Positions 35,946 through 48,900 of a stretch of DNA of 64,000 nucleotides are shown piece after piece. The notes beneath the pieces were generated by a model. That model did no database searches. It had not been told where the DNA came from and worked only from the letters and a program-made list of their open reading frames with translations. Both the position numbers and the translations under genes were made by a program. Source of the DNA: Takakia lepidozioides (taxonomy: Eukaryota; Plantae; Bryophyta); the NCBI GenBank assembly GCA_030704615.1, contig CM060733.1:68448001-68512000 (forward strand), written 5' to 3'. Each line of letters starts with the position of its first letter. The first letter of the stretch is position 1.

Positions 35946-38574
35946 CAAACTGGGAGCAATATATGTCAGAAGAAACCACTTATACAAATCTACAGCTTAC
36001 AGGCTGTCTCTATCCTCAAAATTGGCAGCACATCACCCGCTGCTATGACATATATTGCCCTAGACACACATTGCCCTAACTACCATCCCCCAAGATGCTA
36101 CCCCCACCAGACTTCTCTCACTTGGGTCCTTGCAAGGCTGACTTCCAGCTTTGACTCTGTGCATGGGGCCTATCGGACAACATACACCAGCAAGCCCTCC
36201 CCCTATCCTGCATCAACTCATCTCAGTCTTATCAACTGCACAACGTATGATGGGAGTGAGTGCAACATGGGAAAGAGCCACAACACATGATGAGCTGTAG
36301 GGAAGAAGCAACATCGTGCAAGTAAAGCAAATGATGAAGCAGAAAGACGAGGCAACATGGGAGAAGGGAAAATGGGGTCCAAGGGCTGAGAAGGTCAACT
36401 GGTCAACAATGAGGAACTGGCTCTGGAGCACTATGTTGATGATTAAAGGGAGCAGTAAATACATGTGGGGCATCGCAGCAAAGTGCATGCCAACGAGGGT
36501 CAGAATAGTGCAAGAAAGACTCCACGGATGGTGGGCAGCCAAGGGAGATGCAGTGAGACAAGGCACTCATGGCAAGGGAGCTGCCAAGACAAAACTGTTG
36601 ATTAGGCTACGGAGAAAAAGGAAAGCACAAGATCAACTACGAGGAAAAGTAGCAATTCAAGCATGGGAGCTGCTGCTAAAACATGAGGAGGAAGACATAC
36701 GAGGTGAAGCATCAAGGGAACCAGTAGGAGATGAGGAAGATGGAGCACACTTTCTTGTCAAAGGTTGGCGGCGAAGAATGCAACCCAGCAATCAGAAAGT
36801 GAGGCACCCGAGGCTGGACTATTACAAAGAGGTACAAAGACAGGAGCTGAGAATGAGATGTTGCCTTTCGTTGAAGTTCCCCACACAAGGGCTGTTTGGC
36901 AAGCAAAACCCCAGGCAAGGATGAGAGGTAAATCTGGGATAAAACCAGCAGCTGGGAGTGAGGAAAGACACAAGGAAGGGCAGCAATACCTTGTCAAATC
37001 TGAGGGTGATGGCTGGAGAAAATTAAACAAGGACTGGAAGTATGGGAGCAGCAATCGCATGAAGAAAAATCTGCCTGAGAGGCTGAAGAGTGAAAGGGAG
37101 GAAGACAGGCACCTCGCTTATGAAAAGTGGAAGGGCAGGGTAGAAAACCTGATGCCTGAAATTGATGGGAGCTCGTGGGAGACTCTGCCAAGAAGACTCC
37201 AATCAGCTGTTGCCAACAATCGGACCAGTGAAGGATCGCCCTTGGCTGGCGCAACACCACAAAATAAGTGCAGCCCTGATAGCATGGTGAGTGGGGCACC
37301 AACAGAGCCAGAAAATGAGGGAGAAGGAGGAGACTTCCCTGCCAAGAAAGTCAATGCGGGCCTGCAGTGGCATGCAAGGAAAGGGACACCGTAAGTGTTG
37401 CCAACAGATGTAAATCAGTGCTCATTCATTCGAAAGCACCACGGGAGATGAAGGAAAAGACACCTGCAGGGACGTTGAAGCATAAAAGAGGAGAGCACTT
37501 CACTTGGGAAGAAAGTGAAGCATTGGAGAACGAGGCTGATGACTGGCAGTCTGAAAAGGAAAGGCGGTTGTGGGAAACCCTGCCAAGACCCAAGACAACC
37601 ATATAGAGAGAATCAAGCAGGTGGGAACTGCCCTTCATTGGGGTGGTGCAAACAAGAGCAAGACCAGAAGCTGAACCACATGAGAAGATAGTGTGTCATC
37701 ACAGATGGAGACCCTAGAAAATGCTCTGCCTAGGAGATGAAGAACATTAGGCAACTAGAAACGTGGGGGGCTGAATATGCTCTGCAGTCAACTTGGCTTG
37801 TTGAATGCTTGCATAAGAGATGAGGGGTTGCTGTCAGTACACGGTATTGAGTTCATCAAATCCTACAACAGCCCACCTTCACTGCCCACTGCTTACAAAC
37901 TGCCACAAAAACAGTTTCACATGACTTACAGATGATTGGTGGAAGGCAAGGCCCCTCGCCATGGGCCAGATTAAATTGTATGTTGCAGCCCAGAACAACG
38001 ACGGGAAGTCATCTAGGGCAGCAAACCCCATCTTGGCAGCGTCTTTTGTGTGAGAGAAGTCAAGCTGAACCTGCTCATCATATCGAGTGGGATGGACCAG
38101 ATGTAAAGCTGCCAAGCCAACCACACTCATATTCGCACTCAAGCAACATAAGCTGGAGCCATTTTCAGATTGTGAGTACCCATGTTTTAAGAATACTCCT
38201 TCTTCAACTTGCGGTGAACGGGCAGAAAACTTCACAATGTGCAGCAGATTAATGGACCAAGATGCGGAGCTGAATTGGGTATCCAATTAGGCAATGCTGG
38301 TTTCAAAACCCCGTTCCATCCCTGCGTTTCGAAGATCTGGCTTGAATGGGCACACTCCGGCAGTGGAAGGCTCACGGAGTAATGAGTTTGGGCTGATATG
38401 CATGCTGACATGCCATGCCGGTGCAAAGAACAACGTTCTAAGTGGCGATTGTGATCTCAAAATCTGCCCCTGCATTCAAGCTGATTTCTCTCTCGAGCAG
38501 AGCCGCCTTGTGGATGTTCCAGCCAGTGTCCAAAAACAGCTCAAGTGCAAGACAACAACATCAGCAAGGCATGG

Positions 38575-39430
38575 TTAGCTAAGCAAGGTCATGGTGGAGA
38601 GGCATTTGAACTCTCTGAACGTAATGTGGTCGGACTTCACCCCCTCCCACATCAACTGCTCATAGGTCTCCAAAACCTGCAATCCCCGCCCCTGTTGTGC
38701 ATGTCCTGCGATCATCACTTTCCACGACACCACATTTCGCTCAGCCATATTGTTGAACACTCCCTATCTAGAAGAGTATTCATGTTCAGAATGACATCTA
38801 CCACAATTCCAGCTTTGACGATGCAACCATGGACCTCTTTGCCCTTCTCCAACAGGCTCACACATGCACTACAAACACAAACAAACGTAATGTGCTCGGG
38901 CTTCACCCCCTAGACCCACATCATTTGCTCATAGGTCTCCAAAACCCGCAATCCCCGCCCATGTTGTGCATGTCCTGCGATCATCACGTTCCACCACACC
39001 ACATTTCGCTCAGCCATATTGTTAAACACTCCTTGTCCACAAGGGAATGCTCCCACGTTTGGCATACATGTCGACGAGGTATTGTTACATCTGGTACAAT
39101 TCCAGCTTTGACAATGTCACGATGGACCTCTTTGCCCTTTACCAAGTCTCCAGGGCTGCCAGGTTTGCACATGCATTGCAAACACAAATGAACGTGACCC
39201 GGTCAGGCTGCACCTCTTCTCAACATTTGCTCATATGTCTCCAATGCCCTCATCCCGCACACATGCTGGCCATATCTTGCGAGATTCAGCGTGTTCCTTG
39301 AGACAACATCTTGTTCAGCCATGTTATCAAACTCTCCCTTCGCAACTTCATAGGTCTCCAAAGCCTCCATCCCACGTCCCTGCTGTGTATACCCTGCAAG
39401 CATCGCACTCCACGACACTACATCTCGGCA
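38575..39430 (-). pseudogene. Degenerate PLS-class PPR repeats (3-4 partial, internally duplicated units)
   Basis: DVVSWSAMLAGYTQQGRGMEALETYE; FNNMAERNVVSWKVMIAGHAQQGRG; KPEHITFVCVCSAC. Confidence 0.85.
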
Positions 39431-40574
39431 AAACAGGCTGAAATAGCTCGAAGAAGAAGGTGCCCTCACCACATTGTCCTCTACCTTGTGTCATGACCCA
39501 TTGCGGATTAGACTGACCATGAACCCAAGAAGACCTCTTGTGCGTGCTGCTTGTATCTCTAGTCAGGTAATGTGGGATTGGTTCGTAAGAACCACCACGG
39601 TGCAGCTGAGCGGGCAGAGATTAAAATATGGGTTGCTAAGACCAAGCTGATTCCCCCAAGAACCTTGTGATCATCAGGAAGAATACCAAATCATGGTACA
39701 AAGGGGAGCCAAGAGCCCACATTTGCACATAATGCGCCCTTGACGCCATAAACGCTTGCGACAATAGGACATGGGCCTCGATTTGGTCTTCGTCCTTCTC
39801 GCATCACTTGTTCGTCTCTCTCTCAAGCCTCCATCCCTCTCCCAACACTTAGACAAATTTAGGCAAAGGACAAAGATACTCTTCCACCCTTAGATCATTT
39901 TACATCCGACGATTAGAACAATCTCTACGAGCCACACAAGCCCTAAAATACATCAAAATATTCCACGTCATGAGCCATGTGGAGCACTTATAAAAATTCC
40001 ATTTTTGAATAGGGTGTGCAATGAATGCCTAGTTGTTAAGAGTCGTTCTCTAGTGCTTAAAACCACTTGTAATTGCTATTTTAAAAAAAAAACAATTTAC
40101 GTAATTGAATTAAATCGCCGCGAATATTGTGCCGACTGCGGAGTCATTGATGCAACTTCTATCCGCCATTAGAAATGTGAATTTATCCGTTACGACTGTG
40201 CAGTAGTAACAAACATCTCAAAGTTGTTCCCTCAGTGGTTTTGGACATGCAGTCGATTCGGAAAAGACACGAATGCTTCTAGTGATGAGTGCTCACAAGG
40301 GCTGGGAACCAGCAGGGCTTGGTTGTTTGCCATTGAGTTTAGTGGCGTGTTTGGGGAGGCTAAGTGAGAAAGAAGGCTTGGTTTGTGGCAACCACCTCAT
40401 GGCTTAGGGCTACTATGGTGGTGTGTGGGAGCCGAAAGAGCAAGAATACCTTGCTGATTTCCTCACAGCCGCCATAGCTCGGTGGAAAGAAGCCTAGAGT
40501 CCAAGAGACACAAACCCTAGCTTGGCGTGGCTAAACCCCTTGGAGAAATGGCTAAACTGCCAGAGCGGCCATGG

Positions 40575-41745
40575 ATGGGGCTGTGACGGGCTGTCCCTGT
40601 GGCCTTGGGGGCTGTGACGGGCTGTGAGGGGCTGTGCCGGGCTGCGCCGGTGGCCTTCGGGGCTGTGACGGGTTGTGCCGGGCTGCGAGGGGCTGTGTCG
40701 GGCTGCGCCGGTGGCCTTCGGGGCTGTGACGGGCTATGAGGGGCTGTCACGGGCTGCGCCGGTGGCCTTCGGGGCTGTGACGGGCTGTGAGGGCCTGTGA
40801 GGGCCTATGCCGGTGGCCTTCGGGGTTGTGACGGGCTGTGAGGGCCTGTGAGGGGCTGCGCCGGTGGCCTTGGGGGCTGTGATGGGCTGTGAGGGGCTGT
40901 GCCGGTGGCCTTTTGGGGCTGTGATGGGCTGTGAGGGGCTGTCACGGGCTGCGCCCCTGGCCTTTGGGGCTGTGACGGGCTGTGAGAGGCTGTGAGAGGC
41001 TGTGCCCGTGGCCTTTGGGGCTGTGATGGGCTGTGAGGGGCCGTGCCTGAGGCCTTTGGGGCTGTGACGGGCTGTGACGGGCTGTGACGGGCTGTGTCAG
41101 GCCATGCCTGAGGCCTTTGGGGCTGTGAAGGGCTGTGACAGGCTGTGCCCAGTGGCCTGTGGGGCTGTGATGGGCTGTGAGGGGCTTGACAGGCTGTGCC
41201 CCTTGGCCTATGGGGCTGTGACGGGCTATAAGGGGCTGTGACAGGCTGTGCCCTGTGGCCTGTGGGGCTGTGACGGGCTGTGACAGGCTGTGGCGAGCTG
41301 TGATGGGCTATGAGGGGCGGTGACAGGCTGTGGCGGGTTGTGACAAGCTGTGCCCAGTGGCCTGTGGGGCTGTGACGGGCTGTGAGGGGCTTGTCAGCCT
41401 GTGCCCTGTGGCCTGTGGGGCTGTGACGGGCTATGAGGGGCTGTGACAGGCTGTGCCCTGTGGCCTTTGGGGCTGTGACGGAATGTGACAGGCTGTGACA
41501 GGCTATGGCGAGCTGTGACAGGCTGTGATGAGCTGTGACAGGCTGTGAGGGGCTGTGACCCCTGCGACCTGTGTAGGGTTGTGACAGGCTGTGCCATGTG
41601 GCCTGTGGGGTTGTGACGGGCTGTGGCCTTTGGGGCTGTGACGGGCTGTGACAGGCTGCGGCCTGTGGGGCTGTGACCGTGTGACCTGTGTAGGGCTGTG
41701 GCCTGTGTGGGGCTGTGACGGCTGTGACCAGTGAGCTGTGTGGGC
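40575..41745. repeat. About 1.2-kb GGGCTGTGA(C/G)-based 10-bp minisatellite
   Basis: Direct inspection; reverse complement of the CACAGCCC repeat type at 3158 and 22590. Confidence 0.95.
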
Positions 41746-42021
41746 CTGTGCTGGTCTGTGGTGGCCCGTGTTGACCTGTGGACGGCCCGTGCTGACTCGT
41801 GGAGGCACTAGTGGACTGCCTAAGGACTGACATGTGGTCTTGAAGGCCGAATTTTGAAGCTCGTGGAGGGCGGTTTGAGGAGTATCTTCATGATATTCCC
41901 ATGGTCATGCAAGTACAAGTGTAGGCTATGTTAGGAACTTAGTATTCCAAACCATAAGCCGCAACAGGTTCTCTACCCGGTTACCTTGTGGAGAGGGGGT
42001 TAGGGACATGTTCATGACCGG

Positions 42022-44680
42022 TTGAGTGTCAACACGGAGGTGCCACTAGTTGCTGGGGACAGTGCCAGTTCGAGCACTAGTAGTACTAGTGGGTACATGA
42101 GACGAGGTGTGCGGTTTAGGCCACCTTCACTTCCTGTGTCTTCTACGGAAGGTTCTGATTTGGATTGTGAATCAGGAGGACTCATACCGGCGGTGCAAGT
42201 TGTTTCTTTGCCATTGTTGTGGGACACAATGGAGGAGATGTATGGAGCTACCAAGGGGCCACGAAGGTACTCTGGGGCGGTGGGCACCATCGAGTTGGAT
42301 GATTTTATCCAAGAGTTTGATAGTTGGTGTGATTTGCAGCAAATGCGCAATCCACAACTATTTACGCCTTTCATGGCATGAAAGGGGCTGTTTCAGCACC
42401 TTGAGGGGCTGCCTATGGATGATTACCATGAGTTCAGGCGGGGGCATGAGGTTGAGATCGAGGAGTGGAGGATGTACTGGTCACCCGACTATGTCTCCAT
42501 CACTAGGGGCACTAGAGCCACGAGGGCAGTGGCTACACCTGCCGCTTCACCGGCAGCTTCAGCGAGTAGCAGTGGGACTAGTGGGACTGGTGGTACAGTA
42601 GCTACGATGTCCACCCAAGCCACTACCGCACCAGCACTAGTACCCGTGCCTGCCTTCAACCCTGTTGTGGAGTTCTTCAAAGAGTTGAGAGGGAACTACC
42701 AAGGGGTGAGGACAGAGAATTTGCGGAGCTTGCAAGAGTTCCAACGGAAGTCGACCGAGAGCTTGAGGGAGGCTTTCACTCGCATGAGGCGCTTGATAAA
42801 TGTAACCCAAGGGTTACGGAAGCTCAGGCAGTCCAATTCTGGTATGGGATATTGGATAAGGAGCTGAGGAGAAGGGTGCGGGATGCAATTCTCCTACAAG
42901 CGGCCCGACCCACCTTAGCAAATGTGTTTTTGCTGGCAGAGCGGATAGAGCTCAACATGGTGGAGGAACGAGTGGTCATGGTGGGATTTGCTAAGGAGAC
43001 ACCACGGGGTAGTGGTGCTCCTAGCCAACCACTACCTCAACGTGCTCAAGGCAACAAGGGGGCTCAGGTGAAGCTCAGGGAAGGGCAGAGAGGACCTCAG
43101 ATGCAGGGGTCTCTCCCTTCATTTGCTGGCCAACAACGGGCGGATGTGGTGTGCTGGACATGTGGAGGACCCCATGTCAAGAAGGATTGCCCAGAGGGAG
43201 GCAAAGGGCCGGCACATGCACAGCCTGCACAGTTGCAGTGTGGGCATTGTGGCAAGCACGGGCATGGAGAGGCCCAGTGTTATGGTTTGCATCCTGAGTT
43301 GCGCCCAGGCCAGTTCCAAGGGAACAATGGTGGCCGAGGGCGAGGTGGAGCAGCCCAGAGAGGACGAGGTGGCCAGCCACGAGGTGTAGGCCAAGGGCAA
43401 GCTCAACATGGCCAAGGACGCGGAGGTCAGGGTGTTGACCAAGGCATGGCCAACCGGCTTCAGCAGCTAGAGAAGAGGCTCGCTGCCATGACTACAGCTC
43501 AGGTGGTACCGGCTCTAAGGCCGGATGGTCCACCTCCTGCTCCTGAGGGAGGAGATATGGGAGGCATGGGATTCATGTGTGGAGCAGCACTACCACTAGT
43601 GCAGGTGGAATCTGCTGCAGCCGTGACTCGAGGAGCAGCACGAGTTCCTGAGCCACGAGGTGCAGAGGTGGAGTTGGATCCACAGCGTGGGGAGGCAAGC
43701 CGTCAGGCTAGGCTTCCTCAGTCATTCACATTGGCGGAGACAGTGTCGACGCCATCCATGGCACCTAGTTCTCGTCCGACTGTTACCGAGGCGGAGGTTA
43801 CTATGCCATTGGGGAGAGCTACAAGGGTAGCACCACTACCTAGTGTTGCCAAGGCTACGGCAGCTAGTGTGCTGCTAGGAGAGGCCACATCTGTGTGCCA
43901 GGCTCCATTGTTCTTGGCTACCATGATTGCGACGCCGAGGGTAAGACCAGCTGAGATGTTTAGGCTGGCAGCTACACTCTGTGAGAGTGGGGAGGTTACT
44001 TCATCTTCTGCGGAGATAGTGCGAGGTGTAGTGCCGGAGGGATCCTCGGATTTGAGGATCAAGACTGCCACGGCGGCGCCATGGCAAGCTGCAGCTGCCA
44101 GATTGATGGATCTGCCAGCTAGGCCAGCCATTGAGCGCGCCATGGTGACACCTGGAGTTGTCATGTTAGACAACCAGGATGGCATTTTCTGTTTGAGTGG
44201 ACCGGCAGGCAAGAGGTACCGGCCACTGCGGGTCTTGTTGGACTCGGGAGCTCAGCCATTGATGCTGGGCAGAGCTGCTATTGCAGGCTTGGGCCTCACG
44301 GAGGCGGATATGGAGCCTTGTCCTTTCCAGATACAGACGTCTCTGGGAGGATTAGAGCAGGCTCGGGGCATGACACGGCGTGAGTTGGCTATCAGACTAC
44401 GGCCGGATCACCCTACAGATGGCTCAATGATGCGAGCCAAGGCCATTGTGACAGACGCGGTCTCATACGATGTCCTGGTTGGTGGGGCAGTGTTGTACCC
44501 CATGGGCTTCACCCTGGATTTTTGGGAGGAGTCAGCTTCCTATAGGCCTGCATGGCAATCAGGGGAGGGCCGACGTGTGCAGCTCCCTGTGACGTTCATA
44601 GGAGGAGTTGCGGTTGCCCAGCGAGGCAAGATACCGACACTAGCAGCATTCACAGCGGCAGTGAGTTGGCCTAGAGAGTT
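42022..44680 (+). pseudogene. gag: gag-protease of Gypsy element C, truncated after the protease
   Basis: Zinc knuckles CWTCGGPHVKKDC and CGHCGKHGHGEAQC, protease LLDSGA…YDVLVG. One stop (42379) and one frameshift (about 42820). Confidence 0.85.
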
Positions 44681-45292
44681 GTTTCTACGCAACCCTCCAT
44701 TCTACCCTCTCTCCCCCTCACTCTGGTTAGAATTTGTTGTTGGTCATCAGCCTCCAAAGAAATGAACCCTCTGCCCCCTCCTGCAATCCCCATACACATC
44801 TGGTTGGCCACCAGTAGGTTTGTCTGGATTTCAGGAAGACCATTGGCAAAGCTTCACTTTGACCCAGACGAATGATCATGGTCATTCTCGAGGACCCCGG
44901 AACCCTTCTTCACATATTCAACGAAAAAAGGTTACAAATTCCTCATTAATGCTCAGCCTCTTTAGGCCAAATGGGATGCTAGATGGGAACATAAGGGTTT
45001 CAGAGGGGAGAACTGGTCTTCCATTTGGAAATCTATCTCAATCAAAATATGCCCTGCCAAAATTGCAGCATTCCTCTGGCAAATAGCCAACGGAGTGCTC
45101 AAGGTAGGAGAATGGCTACAGTTCAATGACGCCCTCTTATGCGCCTGCTGCTCTTCAGGGATCATTGAATCAATCGAGCATAGCCTCATCTTCTGCCACG
45201 CCCCAGCAAACATCTGGCCTTTCATCAAAGACATATACCAACACTGGAACAATAGACCCATTTCCACCATCGACCTCCTTCTCAACTACGAC

Positions 45293-45917
45293 TGTCGCGG
45301 CCCTTTGCCTTGAGGGCAGGGGGTCGGGACACATGAGGGGCTGCCGCTGTGGTGGGGGCAGCGGCAGCGATAGGTATGGGGTGGTGGTAGCTTAGCGGGA
45401 CTTAGTGGGGGTGGCATAGGACTCACCATGGGGGCGGAGACCTCGTGGTGGGAGTCGTGGGGAGTCTTGGGACTCATCATGGTCCATGGGGGCCGTGGTG
45501 AGTGGGCCAAGACTCACCGCGACTCATCACCGGGAGTCGAGGGTTTTCGTGGTGGTTCGCTATAAAATGGCATGGCTGGTTGTGAAACCCCCGCGGACAG
45601 CTACAGAAGTATATATAGGGAGTAGTAACCCCGAGAACGGTGCAAGCCCGTTGGTGACCAAAAACTAGTGAGTAAGCGAGCGAGCCGGAAAGCGACCAAA
45701 GAGTGGGGAGCTGTTCCGGACTGCCAACTACCAAAGGGAATTCCCGCTGGTTCCAAATCGGTGGAGGGTTCTTTGGGAGAACAAAGGGGGACCGTTATGC
45801 CCCGGTGAGCAGCCGAAGCTCCAAGTTGGCCCGGCGGCCAGGTTGGGAGTCAGGCGCGCGCATCAAAGCGAGTAACTATGACTTGAGGGGGAGCTTACCG
45901 AAGTGAGGTGCGCGACA
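45293..45917 (+). repeat. 5' LTR of element D
   Basis: TGTCGCGG…CGCGACA. Confidence 0.97.
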
Positions 45918-45919
45918 CT

Positions 45920-45931
45920 TGGTATCAGAGC
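45920..45931 (+). promoter_or_regulatory. Primer binding site (tRNA-iMet)
   Basis: TGGTATCAGAGC, 2 bp after the LTR. Confidence 0.95.
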
Positions 45932-45972
45932 TTAGAGTTCAGTACGCGATCGTCCTTGGGATTGGCCTCATC

Positions 45973-48900
45973 ATGGGGTCGGGCAAGCGAAAGCGAAAGC
46001 GGAACGGCCCAAAAGATGATGATCCTGGTGAGCCCGATGGGGGCGACGTGTCACCAAGGCGGCCGTTTGAGGAAGCGATGCATGTTTCCGAAAACGAGGC
46101 CGCTCAAGAGCGGGAGGAATCCGAGGAGTCGGAGCCCGAGGAATCCTTGAGAGCTCCGACAAACCAAGAGATGCCTCCCATGCCGGCAGCCTTTTGGGAA
46201 GGGTTGTTGGCGCAGTTTGGCGGGACGTTGAAAGACGTGTTGAAGGCGGCTAATGCCACTTCCCCTAAGGCAAAGTTTAAGGTGAAGCCTAAGGAACCCG
46301 GCACCTTTGAGGGCGTCCAAAATCGGAAGGCACTCAACACCTGGCTCCTGGAGCTAGAGCAGTACTTCCGGGCGGCCAAGTTGAGTGACGAGGATCGGGT
46401 GGAAGTGGCTCCCACCTATTTGAGGGGCTATGCTCAACAATGGTGGCAGAAACGCCTTCACGACCGAGGTCCAAGTCCGGAAACCTTGAATTGGAGTGGG
46501 TTCAAGGAATTAATGAAGAGACAGTTTGTGCCCCTCAATGCGTCCTGGCTTGCCCGGGACAAGATGAGGAATTTGAAGCAAACAGACGACATTCGGGGAT
46601 ATGTTCAGGCCTTCAATGTGCTTTTGCTCAAAGTCACGGACATGGCAGAACCGGAAATGGTCTTCAACTTTGTGGCAGGACTGGCCCCATGGGCCAGGCG
46701 GAAGTTGGAGGAGAAGCCACCTAAGACTCTGAATGAGGCAATTGAGAGGGCTGAATGTTTCTCAGATGTTCCTAGGGGTGAAAGACAAGGCCGTACGGAG
46801 CTGAACCACAAGAACACCCGACGGGAAGGTGACTCCTTCCGACCGGAAAAGAAGTGGGATAGGCCACGCGGCGACAATGGCACGTGGAAATCGAAGGGAG
46901 GGCCTTCACACGTCAAGGTGGCACCCGGTGCTTCGAAAGGAAAAGCGGGTGGAGCGGTTTATGGCGGACAGAAGGCGACCTTTGATGGAGTATGTTTCAA
47001 TTGCGGAGAGCCCGGGCACATGGCCAAGAAGTGCACGAAGCCCCGACAATTGAACATGACTCGGGCAACCACGGAGCTGTCGGAAGATACCATCAGTCGC
47101 CTGGTGGAAGCGGTGGTCGCCAGGACTTGCAAGGTAGGCAAATATTCTTGTGAGTTGTATCAGGAAACTGGCGCATTGCGTAAAGGGAGTCACTTATTGT
47201 TCGTGGATGGGATAATATCCGGAACTAACGTGTCATTGTTGGTGGACACAGGAGCGTCGCACTCCTTCATAACACCGGCAACGGCACAAAAGCTGGGACT
47301 TCCGACAACTGACGTAGGGGCCTCTATTGAGGTGCGTTCTGCCAAAGGAGAACCGCAATTGGCGACGAGGTTGGCGTTCGATGTTCCTCTTCAACTGGGG
47401 AGTTGGGAGGGACGTGAGAACTTCACCGTCTGCGAGATCGATGGAGTGGATCTCATTTTGGGGATGACCTTTTTGAGCAGATCCGGAGCGGTCATAGATG
47501 GCCGCAAGAGGGTAGTCACACTGCCATGTTGGAATGGTGGCGAGGTCTTACGAGTTTCGGAAACGCCCAAACTCGTGGGAGGGCGAATAAACCTTCTGTC
47601 AGCAAGGGAGTGGGCCGTGGAGGAGGCGCACGAGCCCCAGTTTTTGCTTTACATTAGAGAAGTAAAGGAAGAAGGCGATGGGGAGCCGAGCCCAGATTGG
47701 ATCAAGGGGATTTTGGAGAAATACCAAGATGTGATGCCGGAGGATTTACCAAGCGGCTTGCCACCGCGAAGAGGAGTTGACCACAAGATTGAGGTGATAC
47801 CGGGATCGGAACCGCCTGCCAAGGCACCCTACCGGTTGAGCCACAGGGAGTTGGTCGAGCTGAAGACTCAGCTCAAGGATCTAATGTCAAAGGGGTACAT
47901 CCGGCCGAGTAAGTCACCTTACAGAGCCCCGGTGCTATTCGCAGACAAGAAGGATGGGACGCTGATGTGTCGATTACAGGGCTCTGAATAAGGTAACTAT
48001 CAAAAACCGGTACCCTTTGCCAAGGATCGACGACTTCTTCAATTGGTTGGCAGGAGCGAAGTATTTCAACCGGATCGACTTGCGCTCCGGCTATCATCAA
48101 ATTCGGGTGGCGGAAGGAGATGAGGAGAAGACTGCGTGCAAGACAAGGTATGGTTCATATGAGTTCTTGGTGATGCCTTTTGGGCTCACCAATGCACCTG
48201 CAACCTTTAGCACGCTTATGAACAGCCTTTTTCAGGAGTGGTTAGACGACTTTGTGATCGTGTACATCGACGACATCTTGGTGTACTCGAAAACAAAGGA
48301 GGAGCACCTGGAGCACCTCAAAAGGGTGTTCCAAAAGTTGCGAGAAGGGAAGCTGTATGCCAAAGCTTCAAAGTGCGAATTTGGGGTCACAAAAGTGGAG
48401 TTCCTGGGGCATGTGATTACACAGGATGGGATCAAAATGGATGACAGAAAGGTGAGGGCGATCTTGGACTGGGAGCCTCCGACTTCGGTCCCGGGAGTGC
48501 GATCCTTCCTAGGACTTGCCTCCTATTACCGGAAGTATGTAAGAAATTTCGCCAAGATCGCGGGGCCGCTGTCAGACCTTTTGTATAAATCTAAAGTCTG
48601 GGCATGGAACACCTTTTGTGGCCAAGCTTTTGCTGAATTGAAGCAGCGGATGGCGGAAGCTCCAGTCTTGAAAATCCCGGAGTTCGATCGTCCATTTGAG
48701 ATTCATACAGATGCGTCGAACTTCGCGATTGGGGGTGTACTTATGCAAGATGGACGTCCAGTGGCTTACGAAAGTAAGAAATTGAATGAAGTGGAGCGAC
48801 GGTGGCCGACGCACGAAAAAGAGATGAAGGCGGTGGTGCACTGTCTTGAGCTTTGGCGCCACTATGTTGGTTCAAACCCGGTGAAGGTGTTCACGGACAA

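Larger units (their letters stand above)
33846..40284. mobile_element. Non-autonomous CACTA element carrying host gene fragments (Pack-CACTA)
   Basis: Perfect 19-bp TIRs CACTAGAAGCATTCGTGTC at 33846-33864 and 40266-40284. 3-bp TSD ATG on both sides. No transposase seen. Confidence 0.93.
32354..41832 (+). repeat. Probable 5' LTR of Gypsy element C (about 3.0 kb once the CACTA is removed)
   Basis: Inverted termini TGTCAATCC…GGACTGACA, followed by a TGG-starting PBS-like sequence and gag. About 4 internal direct repeats at 33290-33660. Confidence 0.65.

Noticed and set aside
32354-41832. Solo LTR
   Set aside because: Flanks differ (CCAAG versus TGTGG) and gag follows, so it fits a 5' LTR better.
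40805-41833. 342-aa Pro/His/Ser-rich ORF
   Set aside because: Artefact of the 10-bp minisatellite.
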